A DNA stretch of 63,929 nt, counting the filler, from Aduncisulcus paluster (Eukaryota): the NCBI GenBank assembly GCA_024181965.1. It is 9 parts of 9 records of this genome, joined end to end, with 100 filler letters (N's around TTAATTAATTAA, not from the genome) between each part and the next. Parts side by side here need not be neighbours in the genome. Positions count along the whole stretch, not along the records: positions 33,945 to 41,633 come from BQXS01010071.1; positions 41,734 to 48,496 come from BQXS01010072.1; positions 48,597 to 57,788 come from BQXS01010073.1; 6 more parts are not named here. One strand, given 5' to 3'. Shown here in pieces: positions 37,591 through 49,414 of this stretch. The notes under the pieces were generated by a model that worked only from the letters and a program-made list of their open reading frames with translations, ran no database searches and was not told the DNA's origin. The translations under genes and the position numbers were made by a program. Numbering within the stretch: position 1 is the stretch's first letter; every line of letters starts with the position of its first letter.

Positions 37591-40101
37591 ATGGATTGCG
37601 AATTAAATGAACAATTTTTGTGCCCCATATGCCATAAAGAGATAAAATCTCTCTTTTCTTTACCTTGTGGACATTGTTTTTGTGACCAATGCATTTTTTC
37701 TGTTAGAGAAGCTAAGTGTTGTATAGAATGTAAGATTCCCATTATTCCATCGAATATAATTAAAATAGATTCTGATCACCTCCAGTATTTAAAAGATACT
37801 CTTGACATTATGCCTTTGGAAGAAGTTGATGTGCCTAAGGAGCAAATATTTGATGAATGTGATGAATTACCTGTTATTTTTGCCATAAAAGCTCAAAAAG
37901 CAAAATATCAACATGAAATGAAACAGTCAGATGATCAGAAAAAGCTCCCAATGAGAGAACTATCTTTATCAGTTAGGAGTGAAATTGAGCCAAAAACTGC
38001 AGATATCAGAACATTAAGTATTGAAAAACTTCTTGAATATTGCATTTCTGCCAATAGTGATATTCGAATCAAAGCCATGGGTGAATTCCTTGATCAGCGT
38101 ATTTCATTGAACAAATTTGGCATTACTGAACAAGCTTTGAGAGATATGCATACAAAAATCAATCCCGCTATCATTGAATCTAAAGCTAATGTACAATCGG
38201 CCATTCCTTTTCTATATCGTCAAGTTGAGTTTATTTCGGCCATTCAACTAAGTGATTTTACTAAAGCTTCTAAATCAAGTATAATAGTTGCTGTGTGTGA
38301 ACTTGTTTATCATATTTTGTATTTCGCCCGTCTGTTTGCAATTCCAATCGCTCACAACGATGAAATGTCGAAAGAGTTTCATTCCAAGGCTGTATTGTTC
38401 TACAATCGACGTGGACAGTTCTCCGAGTCAATTGGTGCCGAGTGTGAAATTGCTTGTGCTCTTTTAATATGTTGCTCGCACGTTTACTGTCTTCCCAATA
38501 CCATTTCTGCCTGTAGAGACATTTTGGTGTATGTGTGGGGAGTATATGATAAAATATTATTCTCTCGGTCGCCCTATATAAATACTATAACTCTTGGTCT
38601 GCTTGGTGCCTGCTGGAGTAATGGAGAAACGGAGTGGAATCGGAGACAGATAAGACCCTCTCAGAAACCATATAGGTATTCCTTTGGAACATCCACAGAA
38701 CAACCGATTGCCGTGAAAGATGAAGATGAAGAACCAAAATGTCATGAAAAGGAAAAAGAAGAGGAGGAGAGTGAGGAAGAACAATCAAAAGAACGTGAAG
38801 ATGTACATCACCAAGGTTCTTATAAGGAAGACATTGATTCATCAATGACTATATCTTTGTCTGCTTCTTCGAAGGATCATCTCCGTGGATTGCCTCCTCG
38901 TTCCTTCTCCTCTAGTGTTCGCTCCAAGTCTGCCGCCTCCTCTCACTCAATTGCCTATTCCTCGTCTTCTTCCTTTGAACATTCAACCGATGCTTTGATT
39001 CGACAGTTCTCTCTTGAGGGTGTTCTCTTTGCGCTGCCCTCCCTGATGTCTTTTATCCTTCCCTCTGTTCCTTCTCCTCCTCTCTCTTGCTCTCTGCCTT
39101 TCATCTCATTCGTCACGAATATGCTAACCGCATGTGATTCATTCACACATCAAGACTTCTGCCTCCGGGGTCAAGTGTGGAAGAAGAGTGTTTCTGGGCT
39201 TGTCGAAGCCGTTAGAGATCCAATCAGTTTCGTTGAACTCCAAGGATTGTGTGGTGGATGTGTAGATTGCAGGAATATGTCGATTAGAGCCAGAGGAGAG
39301 AGGGATAAATGCATATGCGGGAAGGATGTGACTCACCCAGGTACAATGTGTCTGTGTGATGCCGGGAAGAGATGTACGTGTGGGCAAACCGATGGTAGCG
39401 GGAAGGGGCTCGAAAGGATAGCTTATTTGTGTGTTGGTGCAGGTTTGATTGAGTGCCATGCCCAGCTTCAGATGAGAGCAAAAAGAAAGAGAGAAGACGC
39501 TGGTACAAAAGATAAAGATTCTTCGAGTGCTTTGTGTTTCCATGTTGAGCCTAAGTATGAACAGCCCGAGGACCAGTGTGTGTTCTTCCCGGGGTTTGAA
39601 AGCAAAATATTCCATGCTCACCTTGAAACTGATGGATTCCATCCTCCGACATTTGGAGAGAGTGTTGATATTCTTCTGGCTGCTATTGAGGACAATAATG
39701 TACATACTCTAAAGATGGTATTCCACATTCTCTCCCTTTTCTCTTTCACTCCTCTGGTGCAACATTTAGTCTATGTCCTGGTTAAAAGATCTGAGAGGAA
39801 CTTCACCCTCTTTAAACAACTCATTAGTTGCCATTTCATTGAAATACTCAGTGATTGTTGTTCTTTTATGATGGGAGAAGTATCCATGAAGCTTTTATTT
39901 GGACTGAAAAGAATCGTTGAAAAACTGAAATCAATGGAAAAATGGAGCAACATTCTGGAAGTTGAACTCAATCCTTTATTATTCTCTGTAAGGGGATTAT
40001 GGAATATAATAAGCTTCAAAATGCCGGAATTTATAGAGAATGAGAAAGAAATACTCGAATGTTTGAATTATTTGGTACCAAAAATGGAATTGCACGATTA
40101 A
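37591..40101 (+). CDS. C3HC4 RING finger protein
   Basis: CPIC...LPCGHCFCDQC...CIEC near the N-terminus, then a helical and Cys-rich remainder. Start is 37564 or 37591. Confidence 0.8.
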   Translation: MDCELNEQFLCPICHKEIKSLFSLPCGHCFCDQCIFSVREAKCCIECKIPIIPSNIIKIDSDHLQYLKDTLDIMPLEEVDVPKEQIFDECDELPVIFAIKAQKAKYQHEMKQSDDQKKLPMRELSLSVRSEIEPKTADIRTLSIEKLLEYCISANSDIRIKAMGEFLDQRISLNKFGITEQALRDMHTKINPAIIESKANVQSAIPFLYRQVEFISAIQLSDFTKASKSSIIVAVCELVYHILYFARLFAIPIAHNDEMSKEFHSKAVLFYNRRGQFSESIGAECEIACALLICCSHVYCLPNTISACRDILVYVWGVYDKILFSRSPYINTITLGLLGACWSNGETEWNRRQIRPSQKPYRYSFGTSTEQPIAVKDEDEEPKCHEKEKEEEESEEEQSKEREDVHHQGSYKEDIDSSMTISLSASSKDHLRGLPPRSFSSSVRSKSAASSHSIAYSSSSSFEHSTDALIRQFSLEGVLFALPSLMSFILPSVPSPPLSCSLPFISFVTNMLTACDSFTHQDFCLRGQVWKKSVSGLVEAVRDPISFVELQGLCGGCVDCRNMSIRARGERDKCICGKDVTHPGTMCLCDAGKRCTCGQTDGSGKGLERIAYLCVGAGLIECHAQLQMRAKRKREDAGTKDKDSSSALCFHVEPKYEQPEDQCVFFPGFESKIFHAHLETDGFHPPTFGESVDILLAAIEDNNVHTLKMVFHILSLFSFTPLVQHLVYVLVKRSERNFTLFKQLISCHFIEILSDCCSFMMGEVSMKLLFGLKRIVEKLKSMEKWSNILEVELNPLLFSVRGLWNIISFKMPEFIENEKEILECLNYLVPKMELHD

Positions 40102-40186
40102 TGAATAAATATATACATATAATTATATCATCCATTCCAATATTATACATAATTATTTATGAATTTAACTGTAGTGAGACTCAGAT

Positions 40187-40684
40187 TTAATGTATTATTG
40201 ATAAGGTAACTATGAGACCTATTATGGCAACAAAGATCAACAAAGGAATGAATGAGGAGAAGTATCGAAGTTTTCCATCCTTGAATGGTTTCATTCTTAA
40301 GACAAAATGTGTAACGATCTTCGAAACAGTCCAGTTATCTTTACCTTTATATTTAAATGAATTGAGAAAATGGGCAACAAAATGGTGACAATTATTTGAA
40401 AAAAATGAATATCTTTGGCGAGAATAATCACTGATACATTTTGAAAGAACTTCTTGAGCCCGATCCCTTTCAGATAGAGGAATATCAAGAGAAACATAAC
40501 GAGATGGAGATCCAAATAACATATGTCCATTTCCTATATACCCATCACCAGCAAAATCTCTCACAAATCCATCAGCATTAGAAATTCCAATGTGGCCAAC
40601 CCAGGCAACACATAAAAACCATGAAATACACGGAATACCGGTCCATACAATTGAGAATGGAGGAGCTTTATCAATGGGTTGCAT
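40187..40684 (-). CDS. TMEM222: TMEM222/RTE1-like protein
   Basis: PFSIVWT.IP.ISW, GHIGI, DFAG, YSFFSNNCHHFVA and a C-terminal TM helix. Confidence 0.85.
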   Translation of the reverse strand: MQPIDKAPPFSIVWTGIPCISWFLCVAWVGHIGISNADGFVRDFAGDGYIGNGHMLFGSPSRYVSLDIPLSERDRAQEVLSKCISDYSRQRYSFFSNNCHHFVAHFLNSFKYKGKDNWTVSKIVTHFVLRMKPFKDGKLRYFSSFIPLLIFVAIIGLIVTLSIIH

Positions 40685-40805
40685 ATTTTTAATTATTAAA
40701 ATTTATGTAACTTATTGATTGTCAGGAAAACCGAAAATTGAAAACAGGCAAGGAATAACTCGATATTGACTATTAGAAGGGGTTTATGACTATATCCAAT
40801 CAGTT

Positions 40806-40879
40806 GCCTTCGTAGCTCAGTTGGTTAGAGCACCCGGCTGTTAACCGGTAGGTCGTAGGTTCGAGTCCTACCGATGGCG
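40806..40879 (+). tRNA. tRNA-Asn(GTT)
   Basis: GCCTTCG TAGCTCAGTTGGTTAGAGC A CCCGG CT GTT AA CCGGT AGGTC GTAGG TTCGAGT CCTAC CGATGGC G, followed by a TTTT terminator. Confidence 0.95.
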
Positions 40880-41057
40880 CTTTTATATCGTTTATCTTCT
40901 TGTGGCATATGGAACATTGCCGGAACTCGATATGAGTGTATTATATTCAGTAAATTTGTGCGCTATATCCAATAGGGTATCATTAACCCACAGTATTAAT
41001 ACTTGTTTCGTTGTGATATACTATTTTTTTTGTCTTTATTTAGTAATAATTCCTTAA

Positions 41058-41633
41058 ATGATTTCAGTTGAAGTCTCGACCCCAAAACTGGGAAAGCTAG
41101 GTCGCCAGAACTGGGAAGTTCATTTCTGACCTTAAGATTTATAGAAATCGAGGGGGAAAAGAAGAATGGACGTCGTTTGTTGAACCAAAGAGATTAGTGA
41201 GTCTAAGGGCCCTATATCTCGATGATATTAACGAGATGGAACTTGATTTAATATCTCTCGATGAGAAAATCCAAAAACATCAGAAGGAAAAGACAAAAAT
41301 GAGGAAATCGTACGAAGAGTTGGATGAGACTCTTAAAACAACGAAAAAGAAGAGTTTCCAGGATAAAATGGAGGCTATCGATGTAAAAATTGATAAGCTA
41401 ACAGAGGAAAGCTTTGTAATTGCGAAGAACATCGACGAAAAATTATTCACGGAAATGTCGAAGTCATTCGGTTGTACAACAACCAAAGAAGTTATGGATT
41501 CAGTTAAAGAACTGAAGATGACCGATGATAAATGGGAATTATGTAATTTTACTAGCTATGCAACAGATTTCTTTACTATCATCCAAGAGTCATCTGGAGT
41601 GATGCCGGACATTAAAAGGAAGTTTTTATTGGG
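41058..41633 (+). mobile_element. Gag-like ORF of a putative LTR retrotransposon (frameshift near 41115, 3'-truncated)
   Basis: The ATG 41058 frame (MISVEVSTPKLGKLGRQNWE) shifts into the frame open from 41101 (KFISDLKIYRNRGG...). The end, LKM...SYATDFFTII...KFLL(G), resembles the Ty3/gypsy capsid major homology region. Confidence 0.45.
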
Positions 41634-41733
41634 NNNNNNNNNNNNNNNNNNNNNNNNNNNNNNNNNNNNNNNNNNNNTTAATTAATTAANNNNNNNNNNN
41701 NNNNNNNNNNNNNNNNNNNNNNNNNNNNNNNNN

Positions 41734-44700
41734 CCTTTAAAGCGGCCACATAATCCGATTCAGATGGATCAGCCAGAGAAGGGTAATACAACGGGAAACA
41801 TATGGAATTATAACTCAGATCAAGAGATGTCAGAGAGGGAAGGGTTAGAAGAGGACTGACATCTGAGATCTTGTTATGGCTAAGATTGATATAACTGGCC
41901 TTAGAAACATACTCTAATCCACGAACACTCTCAATTCCAAGGTTACTCAGATCAAGAGGCTCTGTTGAAGTTCCTGTCAAACGTCTAAGATGTGAAACGT
42001 TGATGGTATCGCCAAGAGTGAAGGTAAAATTCTCATCATCGGCAGCAATATCCACAAGAAGTTCACCAACCTTAGTTCGTAAATTCTCATCGTGAAGGAC
42101 ATGACATTGCAATAGTTCACCTGTCTCAGAATCATATTCAGGAAGAGCAAGCCATGAACATGCTGCACCTGTGATATATTCTGTTGAAGTTTGAAGATCA
42201 TATGTTCCAATCTCATTCTTAAGAAGTGAGGGCTTAGCGTACGCATACTCAGCGGGAAGCTTACAATAATTTTGATATGCAAGATAACCACGCCTACTTG
42301 CTAATGCAGGCAAAACACCAGGAGCTGTTGTATTGTATCCAGTAATATAGGAATACATTGTAGCATTATCTTTAACACAAATCCTATCTTGTTGAATATG
42401 GAGGAAATAAAAGGTCGATGACATTGTAAATAGAGGAGATATATCATTATAAAGTGAGGAATAACCATATAGGATTTGAAGCTTTTTCAGAGGATGTAAA
42501 GGAACAATGCCTAAAGGTGGAGAGTAATCAGGTTGAGTATCATTGATATACAATTTTACCAAAGTTCTACATTTGGCAATTGGAGTCATATTATCGATCT
42601 TAGTTCCTTCCAGATAGAGAGTCGTTAACTTCGTGAATGTATCCAGGAAAGACATATTGACAGAAATCTTACCTTCAGCTATTGATCTGAAATTCAAGGT
42701 TTGAAGAATTGTTAGAGTTGATAATGTCGATAGATCTGACATTGCAGAATCAACACAAAGAGGATTGCTCGAAATATTCAAGCTGGTGAGTTTCACTAAT
42801 CCGGACATATCAGGAAGATTGATAATCCCACATTCACCAATACCAAGGCTTATGATATTGACAAGGCCGGACAAATTGCCCAGATTATCAGCACTAATAT
42901 CAAGAGGATTACCATTCAAAGATAAGGTGGTGAGAGATGAAATCGTGTTTGCAAGGGGACTTATGTCCTCAATAAGATTATCATTGAGATACATCGTATT
43001 AATCATTTGGTTTTCACTGATTGAACTGATAGATTGGATGGAATTATTATTAAAATTAATATACGTCAACGATGGATTTCCTGCTAAATATGAAATATCT
43101 GATATATTATTGTTTTGCATTTCAAGGTGTTGTAGGTTTGTCAAATTCATAAGTGGTTCAACAGATGTAATACTATTGGAACTCATTCTAAGATCAACTA
43201 TTGGATGCCCATCAACAACAGAAAACGGAGTGAGATCGGAAATAGCAGTATTATTTGAATAAAAAGCTCTAAGACTAACCAAACCTGCCAAAAAAGATCC
43301 ATCTGAAATGTACTCAACAACAGCTGTTTCATCAATAACCGTATAAATTTTAACATCAGTAAAATTGAGCGAGACTAGTCGAGAAAGTCGGCTTAAAGAT
43401 TCAGCAGTTTCAAGGATCTTAGCACCTCGCATATCCATCGAAGTCATAGAAGTACAATTTCCAAGATTAGAGATATCAATATAAGAACTTCGGAGATAAT
43501 ACATGGAAATTGTAGTCATCTTTGAATCTTCAGGATCACAAATATCAGGGAAATAAAACATATTAGAATAATATGCGTAGAAAGTTGTAATTTCATACAG
43601 ACCAGATACTTCACTCCAATCTTGGATTGATCTACATTCATGTAAATACAAACGTGTAAGAGAGGAAGCAGCAGCATTGAGAGGACTAATATTCTGAAGG
43701 GCATAACATCTATAACAATTAAAAGTGGCGAGAGATGTTGCAGTTGATAAACCACTGCTATCTATTAATGAAGTACATGACTGACATCCGAAAGATGTTA
43801 ATGAAGTGGGAAGGGGACTGAGTGTTATAAGAGAAGTACAACCATTGAGACTGAGACTTTGTAAACTCGAAGTATTGGCAAGAACACTTATATCTGTCAC
43901 ATATTGGCAATTAGAACAAACAAAATTCGTGAGAATATCCCAGTTGATGGTATCAGGAAGAGATGTGAAAGGGGTTGTGACTTCATCAATTATCGTATTG
44001 TAAATATACGAAAAAAATAAATGTGTCAACGCTTCACAATCCTGGAATGTCTCGAATCCACTGAGAGTATTCGAATTGGCTTGAAGATCAAGGTATTTCA
44101 GATTAGGAAGAGAGGAACACAAATCATCCCCGATAGAAGAAATGGCACAACTAGAAGCATATATATAGGTCAATGAAGTCATAGTGAGGATGTTTCCCCA
44201 GCCGAGCTGACCAATCTTGGTATTGCTATTAACACGAATCTCAGTCAATTTGGTACAAGTTGTAGGCAAAGTTGTTGGATCAACAGCGGTGCTGTATAAG
44301 TATAAAACTGTAAGATTCGTGCAATTGATCAGTGAGGCATCGACTAAAGAAGTATTTCGATCCAAATACAAATAGGTAATGCTATCAAAATATTGGATTC
44401 CTTCAAGATTCACAATACCTTTAGATCTACAAGAAAGAGAATTGGAGTATGATCGTAATTGCCCCTTTGTAAGGGAGCAATTTGACACCGACTTTCCAAA
44501 ATGTGAGCAAATACACACGTTCAGTGCAGCATCTGGGATCTCGACTATATCATCGTCATCATCACTCTTAACACGGACATAAGGTTCTGAATCAATGTGA
44601 GAACTGGATATATCATGGATGAATTCATCATCAACGGCATCATATGGAGAAAAAGGATCAAAAACACCATCGAGTGAGAGATTTGGATCATCCATAAACA

Positions 44701-45049
44701 GTGGATCGGTATCAGGGGGATAGAAAGCTTCAACATGATTATGGGGCAATTTAAACTCGAAATCCGCATCATTGAAAAAAGGTTGTGATTCGAGAGGGTT
44801 CTCATGATATCCGTCACCAATTCCTTCATATGGATAATTATATTCGTTATAAACATTTGACGAAATGCTAGAAAAGGAGGGCTCGATGAAATCATGACCA
44901 GACGGAGCCAATGGAACACATCCCACTAAGCACGTTATGAAACAAACAACAACAAAGGTACGCCACATCCCCAGTATATGATGGATTTGCATGGAAGGAT
45001 ATGTGGTCTTAAAGGGAAAAAGGGAAGAAAGTAATGGAAGAAAATGCAT
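41734..45049 (-). CDS. Large internalin-like LRR surface protein, 3'-truncated
   Basis: Signal peptide, IPDAAL cap, IVNLEGIQY and more than 20 LRRs (LxxLxLxxNxIxDIxPL). Confidence 0.9.
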
Positions 45050-45986
45050 TTTTTGTTATGGAGCTTGAATCAGAAGTTTAAAAATAGTATAATACAGCAA
45101 ATATATTATTTAAATGGGTTATAAGCTTAGAATAGGAAATACAAAAATATTAGGAGCAGCTGATTGATACAAACAAGAGAAGATGATCATTGTTAAGCCG
45201 ATCACTTCCCATACAGTTTAATATATCATTAAAACATATTTGTATCCCCATATTGCACTGTGTTTTAGAAAATCTCTTGTGTAGATTCTTTGTAGAAACG
45301 GATTTACAGTATGTTCTTGGCAATTTGTCAGGAAAGCTGGATGCAATATAGTGATAAAAATCAATATCAAAGGAAATAATGATTGTTAAAGATGAAATAC
45401 CCATGAGAATAGTCCAATAACATATACACAGGGCAGTAACTCAATGGAACCCAACGAGTGGGAGTAACCCTATTAAATTGGCCATATGAACCTTGCAATG
45501 ACCTTGAAAAGTGAAAGAATGTGTCATTAGCATTGGCAAGTTCATCACTTCTCCACCATATGATAGATAGAAGATTGAATCTTCTCTCCACCATATTTCA
45601 AGAATATTCACCAATAACATTTGAAAAATTATGTAAAAAAAAGATGAAAACTCCGGAATTTACCCCCTTTATTTCTCCACTTGGATCATATATGGTGTTA
45701 TGTGTTTTTCGTTCTGACTTCTTTAAAGGCCGGCCGAAATATTTTTTCTTTCAATTTTTTCAATCTCTAGATCGATAAAAAGAATTTCCCTGTCTTTTGA
45801 GTCCATTTAAAGGATTAACCCTGAGGAACGAATTCATTTCTCAAAATTTTATTATTATAACCCCGTTTTTTCCTTGTCTCAGGAAAAAAATCATATTATT
45901 TTTCAAATCTGAGGTATTATTTCTCAAAAATTGTCTTAATTTTACATTATATTGTGTCATAAGTTTCGAATTAAGTCAGACCTCAA

Positions 45987-48496
45987 ATGTCAGCAATACA
46001 TCAATATACTCGGACTGGAAGCGATACAATTTCGCTTGAACTACCTCACAATATTGTAGTCGATATGCTTCTAAGAAAAAAGATGTTCAGCGTTGATCCT
46101 ACAAAAGGAACTCGGGGAAGCGACGGTATGTCTGGAATGCGCGGGGGAAATGGAAGAACTCCTATTTTACTTGGAAGAGATGGAACTGACGGTGGCCGTG
46201 GAGGTGATGGTCAATGTGGTGGCCGTGGAGGCGATGCATCTGATCTTTGTGTCACTTTGTCTGGTGAATCTCTTGAGGCAATGGGTGTTGAATTGAATGT
46301 TCACATTGAACTTCCTGTCTNNNNNNNNNNNNNNNNNNNNTTTACTTGGAAGAGATGGAACTGACGGTGGCCGTGGAGGTGATGGTCAATGTGGTGGCCG
46401 TGGAGGCGATGCATCTGATCTTTGTGTCACTTTGTCTGGTGAATCTCTTGAGGCAATGGGTGTTGAATTGAATGTTCACATTGAACTTCCTGTCTCACAC
46501 ATCAATGTTCTTGAAACAGGGGACTCAATCATATGTTTTGATGTCTCAGGTGGAAGAGGAGGAGATGGTGGAAGGGGAGGAAACGGAGGGGATGGAGGAA
46601 GAGGAGGAGACGCAGCCCTGTGTCGTTTTCGAGTTACTGATCCTAAATTTTTTATGCTCTGTGGTGTGGATTTACGTGGTGGAGATGGAGGAACAGGTGG
46701 AGATGGAGGATTAGGTGGATATGGAGGAAGAGGTGGACCTGGAGGAAGAGGTGGACCTTCTGGAGAGAATATATCGGCTGGGAGTCGCGGACCACGGGGA
46801 AGTGATGGTTTACGTGGGCTTAATGGGTGTTGTGGAAGTGATGGCAATGATGGAGATTTTGGACAAGTTGAATACCAGTGGGTTGTTCTCACAACTGGTC
46901 AAGTTATTGAACATTCTACAATGCCGCTCGATTTGATGATATCTTCCTTTAATACCGACACGTTCCATCATGATGGTGTGTATGAGCCAGGAGAACAGCT
47001 CTATATCAGTGACACTGTTTTCTACAATCCTAATCCTGGATTATCGGTGCCAGAAGGTTCTGTTCTCTATCTTGAGCAATACCCTGAGATTTGTTCCAAG
47101 ATCCATAGATTCCACGTTCCTAGAATTAATCCACTGATGTCCTATACCCATCCTCAAATTATGGAGGCCGTTATTGCCAAAGAAGATCCCCTTTCGACTC
47201 TTTTTCATCTACCATTTCCTGAAGAAGGTGCTCTTGAGGAGTCTGTCCTAGAAGTACGCGATATCCTTCACAGATCTTATTGTGTTCAACCAACTGTTTC
47301 TCTTATCAATCGAGTTTTTGCAAACGGATTCCTCAAAAGAATGTTGGATGTGTTTTATCCCGTCTGCATACCATACGTTTCCTTGCCTCCAAAGGTCGTC
47401 CCCAACGACAGCTTCAATATTGTAGCCTTGTTGCTAAATCGGTCATGTCAGGCTTATGGTGGAACTGAGGAAGAATTCGCTGCTGATCTCTCAAAGGGTC
47501 ATATTAGCGTTGATATTATCTCAAGCACAAGAATGGAACATCCAAGGCGAGTTTTCCTCAATGCCAAAGCCTTTGGTAAATTCGATGGGGCAGAATACAC
47601 ACAATGTCTCACAACAGTTGGAGATGATGGTGCTATTGAAGAAGTGGAGGAAGAAGATGATTCCTCTGCGCATGACGAGGAGGTTTCTTCCAGTATTTCC
47701 GAGTGGGACGATGGATTAAATCGATTCAAGCATATGTATCCTCCCAATATCGAAAATATGTTATCCTCTCGGGATCCTCCTTTCTTTATGCAAACTGAAG
47801 AGCGAGGCTTGCTCAGAGCTGAAAAGGACAGGATTGCAAGGTGTCTAACATATGGAATCAGAATGACCCCTTTTCTTTGGAAAGATGTGACCAAAGTGAG
47901 CTCTTTCTTCAGTTTGGCCAAGGATACTCCTTTCTATGAACACACTCCAGTTCAATTCCGTCTCAATTTGAGAGGTCTTTTCATTCAAAAAGTAGAGCAA
48001 ACCATCCAATGTGCCCCCAAATACCAGCATACTGGAAACACCTTGCTCATTTTCAACAGCACCACGAACAAAGCGCAGTTTAGTGCTTGGGGACTTTTTT
48101 TCAACTGTGCCAAGATTGAGCACGATGATGGAAGGATTCAATACTCTGGACATCCTCCTCTTGCTATTGCCCATGGTTACACTGAGGACAACTACCTGGT
48201 TGGGGCAGATTATTTCGATTCACAACTCTATCAAGGATTGAGTGACATCAACAATATTCCTTGTGCTGGAAAGCTTCCACATGAAATCGTGGCACCATGG
48301 GTTGGTAGGTACAAAGGTGGAGTTATTGCCGCGACTGTTGATATTCTTCCTGGTCAATCTAAGATGAGAACTCCATATATCCGTGGTCTTGACCCCATTG
48401 ATCTTGTTGACCATTTCTCTGTCTCAAATATGGTGAACCAAAAAAATCTCCATGGCGATGAAGATGAGAAAGATGAGAAAGATGAAGAAGCTGAAG
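45987..48496 (+). CDS. Protein with Gly-rich GGxGGx repeats followed by a globular domain (DGVYEPGE), 3'-truncated
   Basis: Single frame once the duplicated gap 46321-46340 is collapsed. GGRGGDGG blocks alternate with short hydrophobic beta segments. Confidence 0.75.
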
Positions 48497-48597
48497 NNNN
48501 NNNNNNNNNNNNNNNNNNNNNNNNNNNNNNNNNNNNNNNNTTAATTAATTAANNNNNNNNNNNNNNNNNNNNNNNNNNNNNNNNNNNNNNNNNNNNC

Positions 48598-49389
48598 CCT
48601 GGCAGAGCTGTCATTGCCGGCACTGCTCTCGTGTTAAAGGACGAAGCCGGTGGCCCAGCAAGCGAGAAGACCGAATTCTTCGGTATCATTCCAAAGGGAA
48701 TACGAAGAGGAGAGAACAAAAGAAACGAAAAGCAAGCGAGAAACAGGAAGAAGTTGCTTACCCTTTCACTAAATCGGCTAAATCTACCCCAACTGCGAAC
48801 TCCTAATACTGAGGTTTTAAAAGAACGTCTCAGAAAGGAGTTCGCAGTTTGGGATAGTTTTAGACAATTATCTGAAGCAAAATTCTGGCGTCGTCAGCGT
48901 TTCGGACGTGAATTAATGCTGGAAAAGAAAATAATGAAATACACGTCTGACCACATCAAAATGGCACGGAAAATTGGAGCTAATTTTCTTTTGGCATACG
49001 GAGATGCCGGGGAAGGCTATAAAAAGGCCTTTTCAGCTACAGGAAAAGGACATCCAGCAACACCCGCAGTAAGAAAGGTTCCAAGAATAATGTCACATGT
49101 TGTAAAGAATATGGGTGGGATATTTATCAAAGTTGACGAATATCACACTTCCAAATTATGTCCATATTGTTACAAAAAACTTGGCACGATGAATCCGAAA
49201 ACTCGTTTGAGAAAGTGTCCTGGTTGTCATCATGAAGGCCACCGTGATTCTTTAGCTGCATTAAATATTGCTAATCTTGGTTATTATGAGTTTCTAGGTA
49301 TCCCAAGACCTCCAGAATTTTGTTATTCCCACCAAGATCTTCATCATCGTCGGCCTCCTCCAAGACAAAGACTTTCCTTTAGATTATAA
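48598..49389 (+). CDS. Fanzor1-like (eukaryotic TnpB) RNA-guided endonuclease, C-terminal RuvC/zinc-finger part; 5'-truncated
   Basis: The frame is open from the contig start: (..C) CCT GGC AGA = (D)PGR, RuvC-I. Then LAYGDA, VDEYHTSKLCPYC, CPGC, HRDSLAALNI and C-terminal RPPEF. Confidence 0.88.
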   Translation, partial: PGRAVIAGTALVLKDEAGGPASEKTEFFGIIPKGIRRGENKRNEKQARNRKKLLTLSLNRLNLPQLRTPNTEVLKERLRKEFAVWDSFRQLSEAKFWRRQRFGRELMLEKKIMKYTSDHIKMARKIGANFLLAYGDAGEGYKKAFSATGKGHPATPAVRKVPRIMSHVVKNMGGIFIKVDEYHTSKLCPYCYKKLGTMNPKTRLRKCPGCHHEGHRDSLAALNIANLGYYEFLGIPRPPEFCYSHQDLHHRRPPPRQRLSFRL

Positions 49390-49414
49390 TTCTATTTTAC
49401 CAATTTTACTATTT

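Noticed and set aside
45150-45780. Overlapping short ORFs between divergent genes (similar at 5040-5400 and 365-700)
   Set aside because: No recognisable motifs. Possibly decayed pseudogene fragments, but this cannot be supported.
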